Assembly (NCBI RefSeq): GCF_006345805.1
Contig: NC_043011.1
Location: forward strand, 6,634,001-6,698,000
Reading direction: 5' to 3'
DNA length: 64,000 nt
DNA from: Octopus sinensis
Lineage: Eukaryota
In this document: positions 1 through 10,260 of the stretch, one piece after another
Position numbering within the stretch: position 1 is the stretch's first letter
Layout: every line of letters begins with the position of its first letter
The notes under the pieces: generated by a model
What the model was told of the DNA's origin: nothing
The model's input: the letters and a program-made list of their open reading frames with translations, nothing else
The model's database searches: none
Position numbers and translations under genes: made by a program

Positions 1-351
1 ACGGGCATACAGGGTGCAACTTTCAGGTATGTGGGGGTAGATGGGGGTGGGTGGTGATGGAGTAGAGCTGCACAGAGGGGAAGTAAGTAGGTGTGTAGGT
101 GGAAGCGGTATGGGTGATGGGTGTAGCTTAGATTTCATTAACTTTAACATTTCCATAAGGTTAGGGCCACTGTCGTCATGGTTGAGTGGGTTTTCTTAGT
201 GCTAACCCTTCAACTGTAAACTAACTCAGTTGTTTGTCAGCTGAAGTGGATCTTGCCGAGGGTCACCACATAAGGTCTCATTATAGCAGTATTAAGTGAT
301 GGACATATGTGTTTGTTTATATATATACGTATATATATATATATATAAATA

Positions 352-725
352 GGTGTAGGAGTGGCTAGGGGGTAAGAGGCTTGCTTACCAACCACATGGT
401 TCTGGGTTCAGTCCCACTGTGTGGCATCTTGGGCAAGTGTCTTCTACTATAGCTTTGGGTTGACCAAAGCCTTGTGAGTGAATTTGGTAGACGGAAACTG
501 AAAGAAGCCCATCACATACATATATGTATTTGTGTGTGTGTGTGTGTCCCACCATCGCTTGACAACCGATGTTGGTGTGTTTACGCCACCGTAACTTAGC
601 AGTTCCACAAAAGAGACCAACAGAGTAAGCACTAGGCTTACAAAAGAATAAGTCCTGGGGTTGATTTGTTTGATTAAGGGCAGTGCTCCAGCATGGCCAC
701 AGTCAAATGACTAAAACAAGTAAAA
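352..725 (+). mobile_element. tRNA-derived CORE-type SINE (family A), bipartite with internal (TA)n(TG)n
   Basis: Head with B-box-like GGTTCAGTCCC, CORE-like GGCATCTTGGGCAAGTGTCTT, internal microsatellite, 3' module ending CAGCATGGCCACAGTCAAATGACTAAAACAAGTAAAA; many homologous copies in the window. Confidence 0.85.
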
Positions 726-970
726 AAATATATGTATATACAAATACTGGAATACCAGTGTTTGTGTGTGTGTCTATTGTAGGTTCATGTTATAGTCATT
801 GTTGCATTTTCTATAACCTCATGGCTCACAAAGAGAGACTGGTAAAATAAATATTGGGGTGGTTACGATCCACTGAAACTCCTTGACGGTGCTGCTCCAG
901 CATGACCACTAACCAATGCTCACACAACACTACATTACATTGCAGTCTAATACAGCACCTGTGGTAAGAG

Positions 971-1235
971 TAGTTGCTACATGCATAGCTATAACGACAT
1001 GTGGCACAACAAGGCTAAATACATAGTTGCTACATGCATAGCTACAATGACATGTGGCACGATATGGCTAAATACATAGTTGCTACATGCATAGCTACAA
1101 TGACATGTGGCACATCATGGCTAAATACATAGTTGCTACATGCATAGCTACAATGACATGTGGCACATCATGGCTAAATACATAGTTGCTACATGCATAG
1201 CTACAATGACATGTGGCACGATATGGCTAAATACA
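971..1235. repeat. 53-bp minisatellite, 5 copies
   Basis: TAGTTGCTACATGCATAGC starts at 971, 1024, 1077, 1130 and 1183. Confidence 0.95.
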
Positions 1236-1258
1236 GGTGACCAGGGATATTGTTTGGA

Positions 1259-1681
1259 CTTTTAGCATTCAGATTACTCGGCCAAATGTAATACTTATCT
1301 ATTCACAATGCTTTTAATTAATCAAGCATTATCTGGTAGCTTTGAGACTTCGAATGATGTGATTATATATTTTTTTGAATGGCATTGCAGGGCAGGTGTG
1401 AGAGGAAAGATCTGGCTAGTGTGAACATAAAACAGGTAGAATAATCAGGCTGGATATGGCTGGTTTAAACGCTAAAACCATCTCTGGCCCAGATATTCTA
1501 CTAGTTTTATGTTTAAACTGGCCAGATCTGGTATCTCACACCTGCCCTACAACGCCATTCAAAAATTAAACAATCACATCATTGAAATTTCAAAGCTACA
1601 AAATGATGTATGATTAATTCAAAACAATAGGAATAAATACATGTTACAGTCGACAGAGTAATCTGAACGTGAAAGGGTTAA
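1259..1681. mobile_element. Two inverted copies of a piggyBac-like TTAA MITE (family P1) fused into a fold-back
   Basis: 1259-1476 and ~1477-1681 are diverged reverse complements; right end GAAAGGG-TTAA; same family at 9920, 29655, 48700 and 62120. Confidence 0.75.
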
Positions 1682-2052
1682 GCTACATGTGGTACGAAAA
1701 ATATAGAACAACCAGCTGTCACTCTTGCTTCTGCTAATTGTTTCAGGTGCCTGTGGAGTCACCAGTAGACAGAGACTGCCCCACATCTCTCAGGTGTTCC
1801 AGCATTGATCCAGCAAAACATTGAAGATGTGAATTGCTGGAGAGCGAGCGAGAGAGAGAGACACCAGCATCTGGCTCAAACTGCTTCCCAGCTGATATCA
1901 CGCTCAGGAACACAACATGTTATTGAGTCCATGAACTGAACTGACAACCTTATAATCACATGCTGAACACACTGACCATTTAGGTCATGTGCCTTCACCT
2001 GCATGTGCCAGGCTGTGATTAAATACACATGACCAAAACTATCCTATCGTAT

Positions 2053-2218
2053 AGGTGCAGGAGTGGCTGTGTGGTAAGTAGCTTGCTAACCAGCTACATG
2101 GTTCTGGGTTCACTCACACTGCGTGGCATCTTGGGCAAGTGTCTTCTGCTATAGCCCCGGGCCGACCAATGCCTTGTGAGTGGATTTCGTAGACAGAAAC
2201 TGAAAGAATCCCGTCGTA

Positions 2219-2249
<31 letters not shown>

Positions 2250-2471
2250 GCGTGTGTGTGTTTGTGTGTCTGTGTTTGTCCTCCTAGCATTGCTTGACAA
2301 CCGATGCTGGTATGTTTACGTCCCCGTCACTTAGCGGTTCGGCAAAAAGAGACCAATAGAATAAGTACTGGGCTTACAAAGAATAAGTCCCAGGGTCGAT
2401 TTGCTCGACTAAAGGCGGTGCTCCAGCATGGCCGCAGTCAAATGACTGAAACAAGTAAAAGAGTAAAGAGA
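2053..2471 (+). mobile_element. CORE-type SINE family A, full length
   Basis: GGTGCAGGAGTGGCTGTGTGGTAAG head, CORE-like block, (TA)n(TG)n, ACAAGTAAAAGAGTAAAGAG tail. Confidence 0.9.
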
Positions 2472-3350
2472 GTATGGCTACATGTACCAGGCTGTGATTA
2501 AATACACATGACCAAAACTATCCTATCGTATGGCTACATGTGAGAGGTGATGTGGCAAATAACCAAGACAGTCACCAACAGCCTGTTGATACTTAATTAG
2601 AAACAAATATGGAAAATGTGTGAATAATGATGAAGAGATTTGTAATACAAGGGCAAAGTGCTAAGAAGCAACGAGAAGATGAGTGTTAATTAATTGCTAA
2701 TTAGCAAAACATCATTACACTGAAAGCAAGGTGAAATCATTTAGTTAAGAATTGACACGAAGATGGCTTAGTGTGACAAATATCCTGCCAAGGAGTAACA
2801 CCGAGATTACTTAATTCCCTCCAGTTGGATGGTGTTTATAGAAAACAATGTATTTAGATTTAATCCCCTCCTCGTCTCACCACACACACATATTGCTCCA
2901 CACACACACACATGTATATATTATTGGCATCATCAAGCAGAGCAAAATCACAGACATGGTAGATGCTAGTGTCACACAAATTGGCACCTGTGCCGGTGGC
3001 GCATAAAAGTGCTCCGGTCTCACGCAAATGGCACCTGTGCCAGTGGAACATAAAAGCTACCCATTACACTCACGGAGTGGTTGGCATTAGGAAGGGCATC
3101 CAGCCATAGAAAGCCATGCTAAATCAGACTGGAATCTGGTGCAGCCTTCTACCATGCCAGTCCAGTCAAACCGTCCAACCCATGCCAGCATCGACAACAG
3201 CCGTCCAAGAATTTGGACCTGGAGATCTCCATTTCCAGTGACTTCGAGGGCCACCTCCCAGTGGTGTCGGGTGTCAACGAAGAGCCCTCGACTACAACAA
3301 GACGACCAAAGTTTTTTTTTTTCCCAAGGTCTGGGGTCTAAGCCCTAGAC

Positions 3351-3871
3351 CAGTGCTTTTCAAACTTTTTGCTGGAGCGGAACCCCAAGGAAACATTCCA
3401 CTGGCTCGAGGAACCCCTGTGCAATAATTTAATAGTCTTATGCACACATATTTGCATAGGAGAATTAAAAATTACTGCCGATTTTAGCAGTTTTGTAACT
3501 TCTTGCGGAACCCCTGGACTGTACTTAGTTAGTTAGTTAGTTAATTTGGCTCAAAAGCAAATAGCAAGGCCATGTAGGGAGACATGGAGTTAAGTACAGG
3601 GTGGTGTTCATGTAAAGAGTTCAGGCCACTTGAGGTCCAGGGAGGCTTTGAACAAAGCGGTCGTCGGCATCTTCACCATCTCGTCTGGCAGCTTGTTCCA
3701 CGGATCCACAACCCGGACGGAGAAAGCTCCTCTCCTTCGATTGAGATGAAATCGTCGCAGGTAGAGCTTTTCGGAATGACCCCGCAGCCGACGCTCTGGA
3801 GCAGGAGTGAAGAACAGCTCTTTCGAGAGGTTACACTTTCCGCTTGGCGGAACCCTGGTTGAAAATCACTG
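3351..3871. mobile_element. hAT (Charlie-like) MITE
   Basis: Ends CAGTGCTTTTCAAAC and GTTGAAAATCACTG; 8-bp TSD CCCTAGAC/TCCTAGAC. Confidence 0.85.
3525..3830 (-). mobile_element. CR1 LINE 3' end (ORF2 C-terminus, 3' UTR, (TAAC)n tail)
   Basis: Minus strand reads LSKELFFTPAPERRLRGHSEKLYLRRFHLNRRRGAFSVRVVDPWNKLPDEMVKMPTTALFKASLDLKWPELFT*, the typical CR1 RGH..KL...R...FS.RVV..WN.LP...FK..LD pattern. Confidence 0.9.
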
Positions 3872-4259
3872 TCCTAGACCATCACCCAATCACCCTTACC
3901 CGTCTTGTTGCTTAACAACAACAACAGCGTCGACAACGGACGTTAAATGATGATGATGATCATCATTTTCTTTTAACTGTTACATTTATTCAATGTTTAT
4001 ATGGATCAAATCATTCCTACAGGTTGTACAACAAGAAAATGTGAAGCCCCTCACATGTGTTATGGTGTGTGTGTGTAAAAAATGTTGTGATAGTCAACTT
4101 AAAGCAATATTTTGAAATCATTTAGTGTATATGTTTCAAGTGTGTTTAATATAAAATAGGAAATGGAACTTTTCCTGCTTAAAACATTTCAAAATATGAA
4201 GAAATTGATATATACAGGGTTGGCCAGAAGTCAGCTGACAGTAAATCAAAACCATTTAA

Positions 4260-4480
4260 CCCTTTTGTTACCAACCCGGCCAAAACCGGCTCTGGCTCTG
4301 TAGTACAAGTGTCTTGTTTTCATAAGTTTTGCATTAGAATATACCACCAAACCTTAGTCACAATTTATATTCCTAACACTAGTTTAATGATAACCAAGTT
4401 ATTTTACTAAATTCTTTGTTATATCTAAAGTAATTAAAAGAAACACAGAGCATCTCAAAATAAATACAGTAACGAAAAGG
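4260..4480. mobile_element. piggyBac-like TTAA MITE (family P2)
   Basis: TTAA-CCCTTTTGTTAC ... GTAACGAAAAGG-TTAA. Confidence 0.85.
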
Positions 4481-5559
4481 TTAATTCCAAGAACAACTGA
4501 ATGAACTTAATAAAAGCATCTAAATATGAAACACCATGAAAATTGTCCACACTGAAGTCCTTCTTGAGCAACGATTTTTCCATTCCGGTCAATACAGAAT
4601 TACAAATAGTATTTATGGAATTTTGATTTACTGCTGGGTGACTTCTGGGCAACCCTGGATATGTATATATGAAGGATTTCTGTCTACCAAATCCACTGAT
4701 AAACCTCTAGGCAGCATGGGGAAGCAATAGAAGACACTTGCTCAAGGTGACACACAGTGGGATTGAACCCAGAACCGTGTGGTTGGGAAGCAAATTCCTT
4801 AACCACACACACACACACACAAAACAGCAAAATACACACAATTACGATATTAATAATAAAATGTTCAATTTATTGATTAAAAGCAAACAAAAAAAAGGGG
4901 TATAATTTACTGTATTGGTATCAGCAGAGAGATAGCTTTTAACTTCCCTACCAAAATAAATAGCAGCACAACCAACGCCATGACCACCACCACCCATGCC
5001 TTCTCCTTGGATGAACACTGTACCCCCCTCTACAACCACCACTCATGACTGCCATCCCCCACCAGCAAGCTTTTAATTGGGTTAACATTATACCCTAACC
5101 ACTAACACCATCCCCACCTTACAAAGTGTAATTTAGATAAAGAAAAACTTGGGGGGGTGCAGGGAGTAGGAATGAGGGGTGGGCTGATATTGTGTGTGGT
5201 ATAGTTGTGGGTGGTGTGATGGTGATGTGTGTGTGTTAAGAAGAAAAAGGGCCAACTGAACAATTAATGAGAGGGGTGGTGGTGGTGGTGGTGGTATAAA
5301 GATGAAAGTCATTCTGATTGGTTATTGCAGTTGTGGTGGTCACTAGTTTGTGATGATGGTGATAATGGTGATGTGCAAGTTAGAAACTGTGGGGCGGGGG
5401 GGGGGGTAGCCAAGGGAGGACAACTTAATGGATTACATCCTCATTTCTGGTCCCTTTTCTGTCTCCCTCCTGTTTTAAAGGTCATAGTTAAAAGAAAATT
5501 AAAAAAAGGAAGTTATTTTACAACAAAGTTGCCCTGGGAAGAAATTTGAACAGAGTCCA

Positions 5560-5780
5560 TCAACATACTATCTATCTATCGTTATATCTATTTGTCTATT
5601 ACTATATCCGTCCGTCCGTCCGTCCATCAATCCATCCATCTATCTATTTAGCTATCTGTCTGTCTATCTATCTATTGTTATATCTATCTATCTTATCCAT
5701 TCATATTTTTCTCTATCTATCCATCTTCCTGTCAATCCATCCATGGCCAGACCTATTTATCTATGTATATCTATTTATCA
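5560..5780. repeat. Compound (TATC)n/(TCCG)n/(TCCA)n microsatellite
   Basis: Direct reading. Confidence 0.85.
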
Positions 5781-6076
5781 GTCACACGTTCTAACAATCT
5801 CTCACAGAATCTGTCTATCAATCCCTCCCTCTCTCCCCTCTTTCATAAAGAGTTCATTTCTCTCTTTCTCTCAAAATTGTGTCGCATTCTCACATGGGTC
5901 CAATGGATGAAGATCAAGAATTTTGAACATTTGCAAGACTTAAATATCTAAGGATTTCAAAGGATTTGTTAATTATTCTTAATTTTATGGAATTACTAAA
6001 TTAACCCTGTCTTTAAAATGGCATTTTTATAGACAACATTTATATATCAACATTGTTTATTATCTTTTTTCTAGAT

Positions 6077-6094
<18 letters not shown>

Positions 6095-6132
<38 letters not shown>

Positions 6133-6686
6133 TTGCGTGGCATCTTGGCAAGTGTCTTCTACTATAGCTTCGGGCCGACCAAAGCCTTGTGAGTGGATTT
6201 GGTAGACGGAAACTGAAAGAAGCCCATCGTATATATGTATATATATATATATGCGTGTATGTGTTTGTGTGTCTGTGTTTGTCCCCCTAGCATTGCTTGA
6301 CAACCGATGCTGGTGTGTTTATGTCCCCGTTACTTAGCGGTTCGGCAAAAGAGACCGATAGAATAAGTACTGGGCTTACAAAAGAATAAGTCCCGGGGTC
6401 GAGTTGCTCGATTAAAGGTGGTGCTCCAGCATGGCCGCAGTCAAATGACTGAAACAAGAAAAAGATATATATATATATATATATAATCAAAATAAGCAAC
6501 AGGGATATCCAAGGTAGTGTAGTACAATCATTTCAATTGTACTACACTACCTTTGGATATCCTTGTTGCTTGTTTTGATTATAATCACCCAATTTTGAAT
6601 TATATGGATAACACCATACCAAATTCTGGTGTCTTTAACTTAAGTACCATATTCATCTGAATCTAAATTTTGCCGAAATTTATATA

Positions 6687-6720
<34 letters not shown>

Positions 6721-7268
6721 TTGCGTGGCATCTTGGGCAAGTGTCTTCTACTATAGCTTCGGGCCGACCAAAGCCTTGTGAGTGGATTTGGTAGACGGAA
6801 ACTGAAAGAAGCCCATCGTATATATGTATATATATATATATGCGTGTATGTGTTTGTGTGTCTGTGTTTGTCCCCCTAGCATTGCTTGACAACCGATGCT
6901 GGTGTGTTTATGTCCCCGTTACTTAGCGGTTCGGCAAAAGAGACCGATAGAATAGTACTGGGCTTACAAAAGAATAAGTCCGGGGTCGAGTTGCTCGATT
7001 AAAGGTGGTGCTCCAGCATGGCCGCAGTCAAATGACTGAAACAAGAAAAAGATATATATATATATATATATAATCAAAATAAGCAACAGGGATATCCAAG
7101 GTAGTGTAGTACAATCATTTCAATTGTACTACACTACCTTTGGATATCCTTGTTGCTTGTTTTGATTATAATCACCCAATTTTGAATTATATGGATAACA
7201 CCATACCAAATTCTGGTGTCTTTAACTTAAGTACCATATTCATCTGAATCTAAATTTTGCCGAAATTT
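6095..7268. repeat. ~588-bp tandem duplication (5'-truncated SINE A, hairpin and flank), bounded by (TA)n
   Basis: CACTTGCGTGG at 6130 and 6718; TGCCGAAATT ends at 6680 and 7267; near-identical apart from 1-nt indels. Confidence 0.95.
6482..6583. repeat. ~47-bp-arm hairpin palindrome (duplicated at ~7069-7170)
   Basis: TATAATCAAAATAAGCAACAGGGATATCCAAGGTAGTGTAGTACAAT, loop CATTTCA, then the near-exact reverse complement. Confidence 0.9.
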
Positions 7269-7575
7269 ATATATATATATATATATATATGAGCACTGCA
7301 GACAGTGCCACATAAAAAGCATCCAGTACATTCTGTCAATTGGTTGGCATTAGGAAGAGCATAGAAGTCATAGTAACCAAACCAAAAGACCATGGAGCTT
7401 AGTGTGACCTCTGGCCTTGCCAGTTTCCATCAAGCTGTCTAACCCATGCTAGTATGGAAAACTGACATTAAATGTTGATCTACACATACACAGTTGTCTA
7501 AGAATCCATAAGTTAGAAGAAATATGCACTCACGTTGATAGAAGGGGGGTAGGTTAATCAAAGTTTTCTACATTA

Positions 7576-7968
7576 GGTGCAGGAGTGGCTGTGTGGTAAG
7601 TAATTTGCTTACCAGCCACGTGATTCCAGGTTCAGTCCCAGTGCGTGGCACCTTGGGCAACTGTCTTCTACTATAGCCTCGGGCTGACCAAAGCCCTCTG
7701 AGTGGATTTGGTAGATGGAAACTGAAAGTAGCCCATCGTGTGTGTGTGTATATATGTGTGTGTGTGTGTGTGTGTCTTTGTTTGTCCCCCCAACATCACT
7801 TGACAACTAATGCTGGTGTGTTTACGTCCCCGTCACTTAGTGGTTCAGCAAGAGAGACAGATAGAATAAGTACTAGTCTTACAAAAAATAAGTCCTGGGG
7901 TCGATTTGCTCGACTAAAGGTGGTGCTCCAGCATGGCCGCAGTCAAATGACTGAAACAAGTAAAAGAA
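7576..7968 (+). mobile_element. CORE-type SINE family A, full length
   Basis: Same head, CORE-like block, (TG)n and tail as 2053-2471. Confidence 0.9.
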
Positions 7969-8609
7969 TTACAGATCCATTTCAGTTGATCTTCCCAGTT
8001 GGTTTTGCACTGGATGTTAGATTACCAGATTTTTCCATGCCTGCCATCTCTGAAGAGCGCATGGTGCTACTTAATTGTACTGTTATCTAATGTCTGGTTA
8101 TCTAATACCCCATGTGAAACTAATTGGTAAGATCAGCTGAAATTGATTATCTCCAATACTGTATACTTTGATATTATGTCTTAAAGGAAGCACAAACACT
8201 TTCACGCACACGTATACACATGACAGAACTTCTGCCAACCAAATTCACTCACAAAGCTTCAGCCAATAATGGAAGAAACTTGCCCAAGGTGTCAAACAGT
8301 GGGACTGAACCTGGAACCATGTGGTTGAGCAGCAAGTTTCCTAACCACACAGCCATAGGCCCAGATTTAGATTGGGATAAGGAGACTTCTTCACTTCTAA
8401 ATAATGACTTAATGGGGCAAACTTCATTAAGAAATATAAAATCTTTGAATTCGATTAAGCTGACGTCCAGGAATTGGACAACTGATGGTGTCTAGAGATG
8501 AAATTGATCGAAAGAGATGTAAATGTATACAGGCTCCATAATTAAACCACTATAGCAGAATGCCATCCCCTCCACCATTGCAGGTGTCGACTTACCAATA
8601 GCAATAATA

Positions 8610-9565
8610 ATAATAACAATCCTTTCTACTATAGGCATGAGGCCTGAAAATTGGAGTAGGGGTTCTGGTTGATTACATCGACCCCAGTACTCAACTGGTA
8701 CTAAATTTATCAATCCTGAAAGGATGGTAGGCAAAGTTGACCTTGGTGGAATTTGAACTCAGAATGTAGTGGCAGACGAAATACCATTTAGCCCAGTGTG
8801 GTAACGATTCTGCCAACTCAACACTTTATAACCAATAATGATAATAATAATGGTTTAAAATGTTGGCACAAGGCCAGCAAGTTTGGGATGGGAAAGTCAA
8901 TTACACTAACCCCTAGTACACAACTGGTACTTAGTTTATTGACCCAGAAAAGATAAAAGGCAAAGTCAACCTTGGTGGAATTTGAACTGAGAATGCAAAA
9001 CCAGAAGAAATGCTGAGAAGCATTTTATCCAGCATGCTAATGATTCCCCCAACTTGTTGCCATGGTAATGATCCTTTTTACTAAAGGTACAGGGCTTTAA
9101 ATTTTGGGAGGGGACTAGTCGACTACATCTCCCCCAGTATGTAACAGGTACTTATTTCATCAACTCTGAAAGGATGAAAGGCAAAGTCGACCTCAACAGA
9201 ATTTGAACTCAGAATGTGAAGACAGACAAAATATTGCTATGCATTTCACCCGATGTGCTAATGATTCTGCCAGCTCACCGCCTTAAATAATAATAATAAT
9301 AATAATAATAATCCTTTCTACTAAAGGCACAAGGCCTGAAATTTTGGAGGGTGGAGACTAGTTGATTACATCAACCCCAGTGTATCACTGGTTCTTAATT
9401 TATCAATCCTGAAAGGATAAAAGGCAAAGTTGACCGATACGAGGCCAGCACTTTCAGGGGGAAGCATAAGTCAATTATATCAGCCCCAGTATTTGAAATG
9501 GTACTTTATCGACCCCGAAAGGATGAAAGGCAAACTTGACCTCAGGGGGATTTGAACTCAGAACA
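8610..9565 (-). mobile_element. Cluster of five head-to-tail SINE family B copies
   Basis: Five occurrences of the reverse complement of GAGGTCGACTTTGCCTTTCATCCTTTCGGGGTCGATAAA...GTACC, mostly separated by (TAA)n or short spacers. Confidence 0.8.
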
Positions 9566-9919
9566 TAAAGAACCAACAACAACAACGACAACATGAGATT
9601 GATGATGACAATTTTCTAATAAAGTCACAAAACCCGTACAATTTGTGAAGATATATATCTGATTAGAATGAGCCTAATTAACTGACCCTCTCCCCACCCC
9701 TTTAGAAATGGATGTTTGACTAAGATGATGCTTGTGGGATTTGAATCACCATCATTATTATTAGTTTGGAGATTTTTTATGGGATGGAAGCAAAAAGTTA
9801 TGTGAAAATAAATGGCAAGACAATAAATTGATGTCTTGGAGATTTTCTGGCAATTTCTCTGAATAGAGAATAAGCCATGTTGAAGAAATAGAGACATTCT
9901 ACAAAGGTTTTCTGTTTAA

Positions 9920-10260
9920 TCCTTTAGTAGTTAAACCGGCCAAAATATTTAATCTGTTTTATGTTCAAACTGACCAAATCCAGGCTCTCACACCTACCCT
10001 ACAATGTTATTCTACATTAAGTAATTACACCATCAAGATCTTGAAGATATGAGATAATGCATGATTAATTCAAATCAATGGGAATCAATAGGCATTATGT
10101 TTGATAGAATAGTCTGAACACTAAAGGGTTAATCCTTTTGGTACAATATTTCTGCTGAAATGAATTCATTTTGAAAATAATGAAGATAGAATATATATGA
10201 AAACGAGACATTTGTACTACGGAGCCACGGCTGGTTCCAGCCAGGTTGGTAACGAAAGGG
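9920..10260. mobile_element. Adjacent P1 and P2 piggyBac-like MITEs sharing one TTAA (10129-10132)
   Basis: TTAA-TCCTTTAG...CTAAAGGG-TTAA-TCCTTTTGGTAC...AACGAAAGGG-TTAA. Confidence 0.75.

Larger units (their letters stand above)
3199..3924 (+). mobile_element. Truncated retroelement with (AAC)n tail, unassigned family
   Basis: Flanked by 13-bp TSD CAGCATCGACAAC (3186-3198) and CAGCGTCGACAAC (3925-3937); AACAACAACAAC tail. Confidence 0.65.
2960..3962 (+). mobile_element. RTE LINE 3' UTR fragment interrupted by nested insertions
   Basis: GCCGGTGGC units, AGGAAGGGCATCCAGC, CCAACCCATGCCAGCAT; resumes as GGACGTTAAATGATGATGATG at ~3938-3962. Confidence 0.8.

Noticed and set aside
971-1235. CRISPR-like array (also considered for 20822-21520)
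   Set aside because: The variable parts are a few bases or (CA)n rather than unique spacers; eukaryotic context and no cas genes.
1722-1830. Acceptor-like GCTAATTGTTTCAG followed by short frames
   Set aside because: All frames stop within about 26 codons and there is no convincing donor.
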